Origin: Haliotis rufescens
Taxonomy: Eukaryota
NCBI RefSeq assembly: GCF_023055435.1
Contig: NW_025964383.1
Coordinates: forward strand, 29,574,001-29,638,000
Direction: 5' to 3'
DNA length: 64,000 bases
The notes below the pieces were generated by a model. The model was not told where the DNA came from, did not search any database, and saw only the letters and a list, made by a program, of their open reading frames with translations. The position numbers were made by a program, and so were the translations under genes. Of the stretch, positions 50,686 to 64,000 are shown piece by piece. The number at the start of each line of letters is the position of its first letter. Positions within the stretch are counted from its first letter, which is position 1.

Positions 50686-50906
50686 ATGCTACCACACGCG
50701 CGATGACGATGAAGTTAGTTGTTGCGTGCGCCACCGGCATCAGTGGATCTTGATAATGCTCTTTAGGAAGCCTCAAGCTTCAAAGCTGTTTTTCACCTTA
50801 AATTCTCACTGGCTTGAAAAACGTCGAAATGGTGGCATTACCGAAAGATTGGTTACATTTGAAAACTTACACATGTGGCTGTGGCAGTGATGTCCATTAA
50901 GATAAG
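50686..50906 (+). pseudogene. Decayed SEA-like exon (N-terminal half)
   Basis: TAG acceptor and AG|GTAAC donor; ATTRAMTMKLVVA / PPASVDLDNAL*EASSFK...YRK...LTHVAVAVMSIKIR. Confidence 0.35.
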
Positions 50907-51329
50907 GTAACACGATTACTGGGCAGCGGGCCACTTACAGGCAGATGATTGCCACATTCTTTTTCTTTGTGGCAAATCTTGCATTTTCTCAGGTTTTCTT
51001 CAAATGCAATAACTAGATTTCTGGAAAGTCATGCAATGGTAGCGTTGCACGACTAACAAGGGAAGGGATTTTAAGCCGTTTCATGTTAACGATACTGGAG
51101 TTTTTGTTGTCGTTTCCTGATGGGATCAGAAATTACTTCTCCTCTTCCCCCCCCCCCCCCCCCCCCCCCACACACACCCTACCAAAACTCTCCCTACTTT
51201 AAACGTCACGAAAAACAGCGTTTATTAGAAATGAAAACGGTGACGCTAAGTTTTGTGTAAGTACGCAAGAGACAAGTTTCCGTCTTGTAACAGTGATTTT
51301 CTGCCAAATTCAAAAAATGACGTACACAT

Positions 51330-51810
51330 GAGGAAAACACAGACATGACAACACCACGCAAACACCAGACACAAACACAAACACCAGACAAAAGACACAA
51401 TCACCAACACAAGACAGAAACATAAATACAAACAAAAGACACACAGCAGACACAAACACGACCACCAGACACAAACACAAACATCAGGCACACACACATA
51501 CACACACATCACACACACTCCACAAACAAGTACCACACACACCACGCACTTCACACACACAAACACGCACACACTTCATACCTATCCACACACACATACC
51601 CCACACACTTCACACAAAACCACACACACCAGACACGCACATATACACAACACACATGCACGCACACACTTCACATTCACACCACACACACATACACTCT
51701 TCACACGCACACACGAACAGACACATGAGCACACATGCACATATGATAGATGGATTGAGGGAAGCATTGCTCGATGAACGACGGATAGACAGACAGACAC
51801 ACAGACAGGA
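51330..51810. repeat. CA-rich low-complexity tract
   Basis: Degenerate (CA)n / ACAC / AGAC sequence. Confidence 0.9.
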
Positions 51811-52157
51811 GATACATGTTAACAGTGCTGTCATACGATGACAAATGACAGATCCACAGTGTCAAGCCGGCTAGACCAATGTATTGATGTTTGTGTTAGC
51901 GCTACCGCTGGGATTAATTGTCGTTAGTATTATCGGTTATGAGGTCTTGGTAACAAAGTTACTGCATTAATCAGAAAGTCGCAGTAATATATGTTGTGGC
52001 AGCGAAATCCATATCAATAAAAAGTACAGATCTGCCTGATGTACCTAAATTCACGTCGACTGTCTGCATGCTCCTCATCCCGTTTGTTTAACATCACGTT
52101 GATTCGTTCGTACATTTAAATAAGTTTATTTGACATTGGATAAGGAAATGACGTACA

Positions 52158-54078
52158 TGTTTGTTTGTTGTTTAACGCCGCACTCAGCAATATTCCAGCT
52201 ATATGACGGCAGTCTGTAAATAATCGAATCTGGACCAGACAATCCAGTGATTGACATCATGAGCATCGATCCACGCAATTGGGATACGATGTCATGCATC
52301 AACCAAGTCAGCGAGCCTGACCACCCGATCCCGTTTGTCCCCTCTTACGGCAAGCATAGTTGCCTTTTTAAGGCAAGCATGGGTTGCTGAAGACCTATTC
52401 TAACCCGGATCTTCACGGGTAGATGTACATGTACATGCATTGGCTAATCTGATGGACATCGCAGTTGTTATAAACCGTTAGTGGTACATTGACCCCAGTA
52501 ACATTATCGCTGGTGAAGTGTTTATTGTCTTTGGTGTTTAACGCCGCACTCGAGTAAATAATCGAGTCCAGACAAGACAACCCAGTGATTGACAACATGA
52601 GCATCGGTCCATGCATTTGGGATACGATGACATGCATCAAGCAAGTTACCGAGTCTGACCACGTACCCGATCCCGTTAGTCTCCTGAAGACCCTTTCTCA
52701 CCCGGTTGGTTTGTTTGTTTGTTTCTTGTTTAACGCCGCACTCAGCAATATTCCAGCTATATTAAATATTCGAGTCTGGACCAGACAATCCAGTGATTGA
52801 CATCATGAGCATCGATCCACGCAATTGGGATCGATGACATGCATCAACCAAGTCAGCGAGCCTGACCACCCGATCCCGTTTGTCCCCTCTTACGGCAAGC
52901 ATAGTTGCCTTTTTAAGGCAAGCATGGGTTGCTGAAGACCTATTCTAACCCGGATCTTCACGGGTAGATGTACATGTACATGCATTGGCTAATCTGATGG
53001 ACATCGCAGTTGTTATAAACCGTTAGTGGTACATTGACCCCAGTAACATTATCGCTGGTGAAGTGTTTATTGTCTTTGGTGTTTAACGCCGCACTCGAGT
53101 AAATAATCGAGTCCAGACAAGACAACCCAGTGATTGACAACATGAGCATCGGTCCATGCATTTGGGATACGATGACATGCATCAAGCAAGTTACCGAGTC
53201 TGACCACGTACCCGATCCCGTTAGTCTCCTAAAGACCCTTTCTCACCCGGTTGGTTTGTTTGTTTGTTTCTTGTTTAACGCCGCACTCAGCAATATTCCA
53301 GCTTTATTAAATATTCGAGTCTGGACCAGACAATCCAGTGATTGACATCATGAGCATCGATCCACGCAATTGGGATCGATGACATGCATCAACCAAGTCA
53401 GCGAGCCTGACCACCCGATCCCGTTTGTCCCCTCTTACGGCAAGCATAGTTGCCTTTTAAGGCAAGCATGGGTTGCTGAAGACCTATTCTAACCCGGATC
53501 TTCACGGGTAGATGTACATGTACATGCATTGGCTAATCTGATGGACATCGCAGTTGTTATAAACCGGTAGTGGTACATTGACCCCAGTAACATTATCGCT
53601 GGTGAAGTGTTTATTGTCTTTGGTGTTTAACGCCGCACTCGAGTAAATAATCGAGTCCAGACAAGACAACCCAGTGATTGACAACATGAGCATCGGTCCA
53701 TGCATTTGGGATACGATGACATGCATCAAGCAAGTTACCGAGTCTGACCACGTACCCGATCCCGTTAGTCTCCTGAAGACCCTTTCTCACCCGGTTGGTT
53801 TGTTTGTTTGTTTCTTGTTTAACGCCGCACTCAGCAATATTCCAGCTATATTAAATATTCGAGTCTGGACCAGACAATCCAGTGATTGACATCATGAGCA
53901 TCGATCCACGCAATTGGGATCGATGACATGCATCAACCAAGTCAGCGAGCCTGACCAACCTATCCCGTTAGTCGCCTTTTACGACAAGCATAGTCGCCTT
54001 TTACAGCAAGTATGGGTTGCTGGAGACCTATTCTACACCGGAATCTTCACGGGTCTCTAACCCGGATCTTCGTGGGGG
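52158..54078 (-). repeat. ~545-bp tandem triplication built from family E SINE copies
   Basis: Near-identical ORFs at 52413/52958/53502 and 52585/53130/53674 (periods 545 and 544); each unit contains one near-complete and one degenerate E copy plus a spacer. Confidence 0.95.
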
Positions 54079-54130
54079 TCGATGCAAGTATTCAGGTAAT
54101 GCAAGGTCATGCATGGTGTATGCACACTTG

Positions 54131-54440
54131 GGTGATGAGGTGTGGTGAATGGGTTTGAACGTCGCGTTAAAGACTATTGCCTTTATATTGCGACGTGCAT
54201 GCACGTGTGCGTGCATGCGTGCAGCTGCTTGTACTTGTCCGGATTTAAACAAATACTAGGCCGGTGTTTTCGTGTTAGTCCATTGAGAGACCATGCCGCA
54301 GTTTAACATGAAGACCCCACCTCGACATAACGTACTGACTCTGAGACAGCAAGTCCTTCTTTTCTCTCCTTAATGCCGAGCGCCAGACAGGGTAACAACA
54401 AGTACCACCTTTTAACGTGTTTAGTATGACGTGGCAGGCA
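54131..54440 (-). mobile_element. Degenerate, 5'-truncated SINE family A
   Basis: CCTTAATGCCGAGCGCCAGACAGGGTAACAACAAGTACCA core. Confidence 0.8.
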
Positions 54441-55500
54441 CAGAGCACTGGGTCGTTGGATGAATATTTCTAGATTGATAACATCACAGGAGTGTCAGAA
54501 ATGGACCATTCCATATATCTATACATGATGCAAGACCCTCAGTACAGCACGGTCGCCTTGGATAGCTGTTTCTAGAGTAAAATCGGAAATCATCACACAA
54601 AACTTGATATCTAAGTTGTCTTGGGAGATTATTCTATCGATCACAATCATGCCCTCCCCCCTCCCCCTCCCCCTCCCCCACTCCCCCTCCCCCATTTCGG
54701 TGTCGGAAAGTAACTAGAAACGAGGACCTGTGTTGGCTGGGGCTCGAACCACCGTTCTTCCCCTCTCCGACTAACACTCCATCTACTAGACCACGGATAC
54801 CGTCTGCATGCAAATATGTATCTTGACAACTAAGACGCACGAATCAGTGATTCACGATCCTTGCTAGGTTCTCGTATACGTCATACCTAATCGCAACACA
54901 ACGTATCCGTTATTCCCATTCGCATTCCTCCTGTTCAGTTGCCTGAAGCCCATCAATTATCCGGGAAGAGTTATGTCCATTAGGTGTGACAGAATTGAAT
55001 GAACGTGGATTCGATTTCCATATCTCCCTTGATTATGATTCTAGGTTTGTCAGCATCATACTTCAAAACTGGGTAAACCTCTGATCATGAGACCTGTATC
55101 ACTTCTGGATTTCATCGAACCCGGGTCCTTATCGGGACGAGCGAACGTTTTAACAACTGGGCTACCCCACCGCCCATTTGCCATCAGTTCTTAGATGACG
55201 TCGATGAACCTCTGGGTACGTCTCTCGCCGAACAATGCGCTACTTCATGCCCACGGAGCAGAACCGGCAGAATCTTGAAGTACTCTGATGACGAAAGAAC
55301 TAATTGTTCTAGTTTTTTTATCGTGATACTTATTTTGACTCTTTATCCAGTGAAGACCATTGAGAACACACTGTCGGTATCGAGGACATCCGGTAAATGG
55401 CATTGAACATATGTTTGCGCATGTCCGGGTTCTTGAACAGCTCCTTGCGCATGTCCGGGCTGTATCCGGGTTGTGTGAGTGTGTCCGAGAGATGAGTGCG

Positions 55501-55555
55501 TGTGCTTGTGTTAAGCCCTGTGCTTGTGTTAAGCCCTGTGCTTGTGTTAAGCCCT
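55501..55555 (+). repeat. 18-bp tandem repeat x3
   Basis: TGTGCTTGTGTTAAGCCC x3. Confidence 0.95.
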
Positions 55556-55967
55556 ATCCAGTTATAACAGTGTTATACTCGTACATTGTAGTGGGAAATG
55601 TTGACTCCAAATACATGTATGTTTTTATTTACCATATTGAGATTTACACTAATTTAGAGTATTTCAACACGCTCGTATGTCCCGTAAAAAAGACAAATAT
55701 TTGAATTAAGTTGTGTGCAAGATGAGCTTCATGATAGTTTTAATGATTTGATTTGATTTACATCAAATTTTAATATTTTGTAGACTAGTTATTGTCAGTT
55801 TCAAATCATAATGTACAGCAATTTGGCGGAAGGGGTGTGGTTGGGAGTTGGGGGTTGGGGATTGGGGCGTAAGGTATGGAGGTGGGTGGTAATTAAATTT
55901 ATTTTAACCAGATACACATAAATACATGTACGTTTTTCAAGACACCCAGGACAATTATGATTTGATA

Positions 55968-56133
55968 GTGAGTGAGTGAGTATGGTTTTACGCCGCTTTT
56001 AGCAATATTCCAGCAATATCACGGCGGGGGACACCACAAATTGGCTTCAAACATTGTACCCATGTTGGGAATCGAACCCGGGTCTTTGGCGTGACGAGCG
56101 AACGCGCTAACCACTAGGCTACCCGACAGCCCC
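55968..56133 (-). mobile_element. SINE family B
   Basis: TSD TATG(A/G)TTTGATA. Confidence 0.92.
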
Positions 56134-58309
56134 TATGGTTTGATACATCACTGGTCTGAATGGTCGTGTTTGTTCAAGACATCTCGATCGGAAATCAAAT
56201 ATGGCTGTCAGTGGCCATATTGGAAAATGCATTGGTTAGCATCTTCTCAGAAGAAATTGGACCAATGAAACACTGCTGTTATTCATCACGACAAACGTAG
56301 TTCGTTCTCGTCCAGAGAATACAAGCGCAGGACTAATTTGTGTGTGTTGGATTGGAATGAAGTCAAAAATCGTGGACATTCCACAGTAACATTTTTTGAA
56401 GATGTGAAGACGACATGGCAGGTAGGGTTTGAAACCAAAGACCTACATGTACGCGTTTGTTTAAAAGTCTTGGAATCGTTTGATGAATATTTATTATCAA
56501 CACTTACGTCCCACGGCCCACGTGGGTGGGTGTTTACATGTCGTCACCCGTTTACGCATTAACCAATAACATTTGTGTGTTATCAAGACGTCATAGTGAC
56601 CTGTCAGATCACGCGTATAAGCTCCGCCCACCCAGAGTGTGGGTGTTCCTACCGCAAATGCCGCTTTAACTTCACCTGAATTGTGACCTGTGTTGTCCTC
56701 CTGACAACACATATGTATGTATGTTCAGTCTATTTTTGAGATGTTATAAGGAATATCGTTCTGAAAGCAGACGAAGATAGCGTCTTGTTTTAAAGCCCCA
56801 ACCTGCTTAAACGGCAATAGTTACCGAGGCTAATGGAGAGATGGATCGCAGATCACGACTTCGAATTCCAGATTCGCCCCAATGTTAATTCCTGGCATGG
56901 CTAAGGGACGCAACTCTGCACAATGAAATGCACGCCTCAGACACGTGAAAAACCTATGTCCACAATAACGTCTGATCGGAACAGTCACGCCTCACTATTT
57001 CTTCATCAATCATTGGTGTCAAGCTCAGAACTCTTACACATCTAAGGGTTTGCTAATCCAATGCATTTATTCCTCCGATATATATTCTAACAAAATTGAT
57101 TCATCACGATTCTGGATCCTTTACTTCAAGATGGATTCTCCAAACCGCATTTACATTTTAAGTTTCCTACAACACAGCATGTTAGAACAGCAACACGAAT
57201 ACCAATGGGATTATCTTATCTTTGAAAATCAATGAACATGTCATATACATGCTTAATGAACTCACGATCAGCGTTTTAAAGGTGTTTATTGAGGAATATT
57301 GCATGGGCGATGAACAGCCAGTGACTACAAATAAAATTGTTTGAAATGACTTTTTTTCGTGATTTATCGCGAACAGGTAATTTGTCAAACGGAAACTTTC
57401 AATGCAATCTCAAAAACAACCATCGTCATGACTGCTAAACGTGTTAACAAACACTTCCATTGATTCGATTTTGGTCTGCTGGTACGGGCTATTGCCGACT
57501 CGCGCTCGTGTTTCGAGTTAGGTCTCTGTAATTAGTTTAAGCAGACACGAGGACGTCTGTCAATAACGCCGGCCGATATCTGTCAATAGCCATTTTTATT
57601 GTATTTGTATAAAGGGAATAATTACCAGTAGGAACCGAAATTATGCGGCCTGTGCGTATTGACATATATACATTGTCTACTTTGGGACGACAATTCCTCT
57701 ATATTGATAAAAGTATGAATTATGCTTCAGCAGTTGCCATGGCAATGACACATAAAAAGTGATGTGAAATGATGGATTTACCTTTTTACTTCCCAGAATA
57801 CCGGTGATATGGAACTCGTGTAAGAACGCGGGTTACAGTGATATAAAAGAAGCTGAAGTCACACGGGATACGATGTAGATCACCAGAGATAAATGAGGAG
57901 GATGTTGACGATTTAACGAGCGCTTCCGGTGGATCCGCCCTTGTAATAACTTATTTTGTCTCTGATAAATCTTAAACAACCACCTAACCTCAAACTATAG
58001 TAATCTGTTTTACTTGAATGAACGTTTCGATAAATAGTGCCCGATCCTGTGATTTAAACTCGAAAACCACATGGTGTTTCATTATTGATTCCGAGCTCGC
58101 ATCTTATGTTTTTTGTTTTGTTTATGTAAATTTGATTCTAAACTGAAATGTGCAATCACATCTGTATGATTTCATAAACTTACTAATTGCCTTTTCAACT
58201 GAATAAAGAGGCAATCGTTAGGGGAAACGTGTGTTGCATAGCATAGTACATTCCCTTCATGGCGAGGACATGTCGCTATTGCGTCCATATGTTATTTTGT
58301 AGGAGGGAT

Positions 58310-61300
58310 AGTGAGGGGAAGAGTGCTGGAGGATGAGTGAGGTGAAGTGAGTTGGAGGATCAGTGTGGTGAAGTGTGTAGGAGGATCAGTAAGGTGAAGT
58401 GTGTAGGAGGATCAGTGAGGTGAAGTGTGTAGGAGGATCAGTAAGGTGAAGTGTGTTGGAGGATCAGTGAGGTGAAGTGTGTAGGGGGATCAGTGAGGTG
58501 AAGTGTGTAGGAGGATCAGTGATGTGAAGTGTGTAGGAGGATCAGTGAGGTGAAGTGTGTAGGAGGATCAGTGAGGTGAAGTGTGTAGGAGGAACAGTGA
58601 GGTGAAGTGTGTTGAAAGATCAGTGAGGTGAAGTGTGTAGGAGGATCAGTGAGGTGAAGTGTGTAGGAGGTGTAGTGTGGTGAAGTGCGTTGGAGGTGTA
58701 GTGAGGTGAAGTGTAGGAGGAACAGTGAGGTGAAGTGTCTTGGAGGATAAGTGAGGTGAAGTGTGTAGGAGGATCAGTGAGGTGAAGTGTGTTGGAGGAT
58801 CAGTGAGGTGAAGTGTGTAGGAGGATCAGTGAGGTGAAGTGTCTTAGAGGATAAGTGAGGTGAAGTGTGTAGGAGGATCAGTGAGGTGAAGTGTGTAGGA
58901 GGATCAGTGAGGTGAAGTATGTAGGAGGATCAGTGATGTGAAGTGTGTAGGAGGATCAATGAGGTGAAGTGTGAAGGAGGAACAGTGATGTGAAGTGTGT
59001 AGGAGGATCAGTGAGGTGAAGTGTGTAGGAGGAACAGTGAGGTGAAGTGTGTAGGAGGATCAGTGAGGTGAAGTGTCTTAGAGGATAAGTGAGGTGAAGT
59101 GTGTAGGAGGATCAGTGAGGTGAAGTGTGTAGGAGGATCAGTGAGGTGAAGTATGTAGGAGGATCAGTGATGTGAAGTGTGTAGGAGGATCAATGAGGTG
59201 AAGTGTGAAGGAGGAACAGTGATGTGAAGTGTGTAGGAGGATCAATGAGGTGAAGTGTGTAGGAGGAACAGTGAGGTGAAGAGTGTAGGAGGTGTAGTGA
59301 GGTGAAGTGTGTTGGAGGAACAGTAAGGTGAAGTGTGTAGAGGTTGTAGTGAGGTGAAGCGTGTAGGAGGTGTAGTGAGGTGAAGCGAGTAGGAGGTGTA
59401 GTGAGGTGAAGTGTGTAGGAGGTGTAGTGAGGTGAAACGAGTAGGAGGTGTAGTGAGGTGAAGTGTGTAGGAGGTGTAGTGAGGTGAAGTGTGTAGGAGG
59501 AAAAGTGAGGTGAAGCGTGTAGGAGGTGTAGTGAGGTGAAGTGTGTAGGAGGATCTGTCAGGTGAAGTGTGTAGGAGGATCAGTGAGGTGAAGTGTGTAG
59601 GAGGATCAGTGAGGTGAAGTGTGTAGGAGGATCTGTCAGGTGAAGTGTGTAGGAGGATCTGTCAGGTGAAGTGTGTAGGAGGATCAGTAAGGTGAAGTGT
59701 GTAGGAGGATCAGTGAGGTGAAGTGTGTAGGAGGTGTAGTGAGGTGAAGCGTGTAGGAGGTGTAGTGAGGTGAAGTGTGTAGGAGGTGTAGTGAGGTGAA
59801 GTGTGTAGGAGGTGTAGTGAGGTGAAGCGTGTAGGAGGTGTAGTGAGGTGAAGCGTGTAGGAGGTGTAGTGAGGTGAAGTGTGTAGGAGGATCTGTCAGG
59901 TGAAGTGTGTAGGAGGATCAGTAAGGTGAAGTGTGTAGGAGGATCAGTGAGGTGAAGTGTGTAGGAGGTGTAGTGAGGTGAAGCGTGTAGGAGGTGTAGT
60001 GAGGTGAAGTGCGTAGGAGGTGTAGTGAGGTGAAGCGAGTAGGAGGATCAGTGAGGTGAAGTGTGTAGGAGGATCAGTGAGGTGAAGTGTGTAGGAGGTG
60101 TAGTGAGGTGAAGCGTGTAGGAGGTGTAGTGAGGTGAAGTGCGTAGGAGGTGTAGTGAGGTGAAGCGAGTAGGAGGATCAGTGAGGTGAAGTGTGTAGGA
60201 GGATCAGTGAGGTGAAGTGTGTAGGAGGTGTAGTGAGGTGAAGTGTGTAGGAGGAACAGTGAGGTGAAGCGTGTATGAGGTGTAGTGAGGTGAAGTGTGT
60301 AGGAGGGCTAGTGAGGCGAAGTGTGTAGGCGGATCAGTGAGGTGAAGTGTGTAGGAGGGCTAGTGAGGCGAAGTGTGTAGGCGGATCAGTGAGGTGAAGT
60401 GTGTAGGAGGGCTAGTGAGGCGAAGTGTGTAGGCGGATCAGTGAGGTGAAGTGTGTAGGAGGGCTAGTGAGGCGAAGTGTGTAGGCGGATCAGTGAGGTG
60501 AAGTGTGTAGGAGGGCTAGTGAGGCGAAGTGTGTAGGCGGATCAGTGAGGTGAAGTGTGTAGGAGGGCTAGTGAGGCGAAGTGTGTAGGCGGATCAGTGA
60601 GGTGAAGTGTGTAGGAGGGCTAGTGAGGCGAAGTGTGTAGGCGGATCAGTGAGGTGAAGTGTGCAGGAGGATCGGTGAGGTGAAGTGTGTAGGAGGATCA
60701 GTGAGGTGAAGTTTGTAGGAGGGCTAGTGAGGCGAAGTGTGTAGGCGGATCAGTGATGTGAAGTGTGTAGGAGGGCTAGTGAAGCGAAGTGTGTAGGCGG
60801 ATCAGTGAGGTGAAGTTTGTAGGAGGGCTAGTGAGGCGAAGTGTGTAGGCGCATCAGTGAGGTGAAGTGTGTAGGAGGGCTAGTGAGGCGAAGTGTGTAG
60901 GCGGATCAGTGAGGTGAAGTGTGTAGGAGGGCTAGTGAGGCGAAGTGTGTAGGCGGATCAGTGAGGTGAAGTGTGTAGGAGGGCTAGTGAGGCGAAGTGT
61001 GTAGGCGGATCAGTGAGGTGAAGTGTGTAGGAGGGCTAGTGAGGCGAAGTGTGTAGGCGGATCAGTGAGGTGAAGTGTGTAGGAGGGCTAGTGAGGCGAA
61101 GTGTGTAGGCGGATCAGTGAGGTGAAGTTTGTAGGAGGGCTAGTGAGGCGAAGTGTGTAGGCGGATCAGTGAGGTGAAGTGTGTAGGAGGGCTAGTGAGG
61201 CGAAGTGTGTAGGCGGATCAGTGAGGTGAAGTGTGTAGGAGGGCTAGTGAGGCGAAGTGTGTAGGCGGATCAGTGAGGTGAAGTGTGCAGGAGGATCGGT

Positions 61301-61825
61301 GAGGTGAAGTGTGTAGGAGGATCAGTGAGGTGAAGTGTGTAGGAGGGCTAGTGAGGCGAAGTGTGTAGGCGGATCAGTGAGGTGAAGTGTGTAGGAGGGC
61401 TAGTGAGGCGAAGTGTGTAGGCGGATCAGTGAGGTGAAGTTTGTAGGAGGGCTAGTGAGGCGAAGTGTGTAGGCGGATCAGTGAGGTGAAGTGTGTAGGA
61501 GGGCTAGTGAGGCGAAGTGTGTAGGCGGATCAGTGAGGTGAAGTGTGTAGGAGGGCTAGTGAGGCGAAGTGTGTAGGCGGATCAGTAAGGTGAAGTGTGT
61601 AGGCGGATCATTGAGGTGAAGTGTGTAGGCGGATCAGTGAGGTGAAGTGTGTAGGAGGGCTAGTGAGGCGAAGTGTGTAGGCGGATCAGTGAGGTGAAGT
61701 GTGTAGGAGGATCGGTGAGGCGAAGTGTGTAGGCGGATCAGTGAGGTGAAGTGTGTAGGAGGGCTAGTGAGGCGAAGTGTGTAGGCGGATGAGTGAGGTG
61801 AAGTGTGTAGGAGGATCGGTGAGAG
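58310..61825 (+). repeat. 26-bp minisatellite (~135 units) with a 52-bp higher-order block
   Basis: GTGAGGTGAAGTGTGTAGGAGGATCA consensus; variant zones; GGGCTA/GCGGATCA dimer from ~60295. Confidence 0.97.
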
Positions 61826-64000
61826 GAGTCAATAGCCAACGTGATGTATAACAAATATACACACACGTCGATATAGATCTTATACACCCCTCACAAGAAA
61901 TACATACATTACACTGCTATCTAATGGTGCTAACAAGTCACATCTCCGCATCACCATACACACACGTCACACCTCAATACCATGCATGCCATTCATACAT
62001 CCACGTCACATGTGCATGAGACAAATATACACATCATATCATCAAGCTGTATATACAGCTGTTTCGCATTTAATATTAGTTATGCATAGAGCTACTACAG
62101 ATATTATATCAAGCTTTTCAAAATGTCATGTACAGCTACATACAGATTGTTGTCCCCATGAGCGTAATGCACCCGTCCACTTTCGCGACACTTTCAATTT
62201 GATCTATTTGGAAATAGTTGAGCGTGTCGAAATGTATTCAGTTGGAACGATATCTTGACACTTTTTGGATTTTCCGAATGTGCCATCAATGTCCACTACG
62301 AAGCGTATTTTGTGGCACTGTTTCCGAGAGTTTTCATGAATGAACGTACGGAACGACTGCACGACCAGGTCACTCAAAATGAACAGTTCCAACACAATCA
62401 TTCGAAAACTCCGTACGGCCAGAAACATTCACTATGTGAACAAGAACATTTCCATATTGATGTTCAGCGTAAAAGGATGTATGTAAATCACGTTTGACTT
62501 TTCTAAGTCAGAAGGTAACCTTGCCCTTAGTATGAAGTCTATAGCACGCAAGCAGACTCGAGTTTGTGAATTTTTGAATTATATAGGGTCATATGTTAAC
62601 TTTCCGTCTTTGGCGAACTCTCCGATTTGGATTGCACAGCCAAGATACCGGCGGTGCGAGTGACAGACTGTTCGTCCGAGATTCAACGCCCGGGGCAGTT
62701 ACTGTTTAAGTTGTATTACAGTTGTCCTGCGTACACACAACGGGGCGCTTGGATTATTACCATTAATTGAAAAAGTTATAAAATAAAGATCATGAGTGTT
62801 GCTGCTGCCATGTCTGCTCACACAATATCAGGAACATTTGGGTTATGGAATGCCTGGAAATAGCAGCAATGCCGATGTATGGACAAATATCAATGCGCGA
62901 CCAGATTTGCAACCGGTTTGGGTTTGGTCTGATTAACGAACGAAATTGTCATTTATTTACACTTAAATACGTATTTAACATGTGTAACATAGAAATACCA
63001 CACCCATTCTCGTTTGATATCATTTTGATTCACCAACGTGTATCATTCTTTATATACATGAACGTCACAAGTCCATGTCAAACTTGGACGTCGTACCACA
63101 CTGCCATACATACACACGTATGTGTGTCTCCACTCACTCACTTTTAAGCTGAAATGTCCCTTGTCGTTAACCGATTTGTTCAATGCTTGTCAGGTGTTTT
63201 TTTTTACCCAATATTAGCGACGTATCGTGTACAAAACGTATCGTATGCATGTTTATGAGGAGTTTATATAAGCACGAAATGATATATCAAGTTATTAATA
63301 AGCGCGTAAGTGGAATATGACGTATGTTTCAGGCATTTAAACGCGTGGAGTTTGATATATGGTTCAGGCATTAAATGGAGTGGGCGTACAAACGTGGCAA
63401 CCAATACGACAAATGGATGAAGTAAATGTCACATCTATTTCAATTAGAACTTTCCTGTCCACATAAAAGTTTACTTCACAGAAACAAAGTGTATAGGTTG
63501 CGTCTATCCATAGTTGATTGTAGTTACAGGTATATAGTTGATATAGCGTTGTTGTTCTCCGAACACAGCGCCGTGATGGAATATACTCACGTTCAAAATT
63601 TAAGGAACATTGACCCATTGCCGAATACTTGTGTTTTTGTGTTTTGAACAATTCATATACTCATATATATCAACAAAATATGCCCCTGGAAGAACCGTAG
63701 AATGTAGTGTGTGCACGTGGTTCCAACGCAGAGGTCACAATTTAGGCAAAAGGTCACGAAGAGAAATGGATGGGCGACCTGTTTCGACAAGTCGAACTTC
63801 TACGGATTCCTTCCTGCCAAACTTGAAAAAATAGTGGTCGTGCATGGGATTATAGACACCATGAGAGTGACGAGTAGCCATGTAATTAGATTGAGGTCGT
63901 CCCAGTTATCTTGATTTAATAATACGGGGGGCGATCACCGGCCCTTCAGCTTAGATTTATCTGGCCACGGCTGCGGATCCGGTTACGCCGCCTTGACCTT

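Noticed and set aside
51206-51841. Cys/Val-rich and His/Thr-rich ORFs
   Set aside because: Translations of a CA-rich low-complexity tract
55278-55315. CTGATGACGAAA followed by a GAAC/GTTC hairpin as a hammerhead ribozyme
   Set aside because: Stem II is absent (one nucleotide) and stem I cannot pair around the cleavage site; single copy
245-56200. Many 60-150 aa ORFs in the track, including recurrent 'families' such as ...RCAELRPLGTPETYD... and ...HEYPTQT...
   Set aside because: They are translations of SINE copies or duplicated non-coding blocks; recurrence reflects repeats, not conserved proteins

Overview
Repeat-dense, AT-rich metazoan genomic DNA. The SINE complement suggests a mollusc, probably an abalone-like gastropod; this is inference from recalled repeat families. 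I can support no intact host gene, rRNA, functional tRNA or CRISPR array. Contents: (i) dozens of copies of four SINE families, here labelled A, B, D and E, many with clear target-site duplications (TSDs); (ii) DNA transposons: a full-length but disrupted DD34D mariner (15537-16821), pogo/Tigger-, Kolobok- and Harbinger-like MITEs, two copies of a long-TIR element carrying a RecQ-helicase fragment (AcademH-like), and an internally deleted FLYWCH-MULE; (iii) a 5'-truncated I/Nimb-like LINE with a doubled 3' end; (iv) nested segmental duplications, including a ~1.9-kb inverted copy and a 545-bp triplication; (v) 61-bp and 26-bp satellites with higher-order structure; (vi) heavily decayed + strand exon-like remnants (PAN/apple-, SEA-, EGF- and mucin-like). 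The best leads are a pseudoknotted, ribozyme-like 5' head on the tRNA-less family E, a covarying 3' double hairpin shared by all four SINE families and partly by the LINE, and a possible 'ghost' PAN/SEA/EGF/mucin gene. All alignments, translations and folds were done by eye, and boundaries of degenerate items are approximate.
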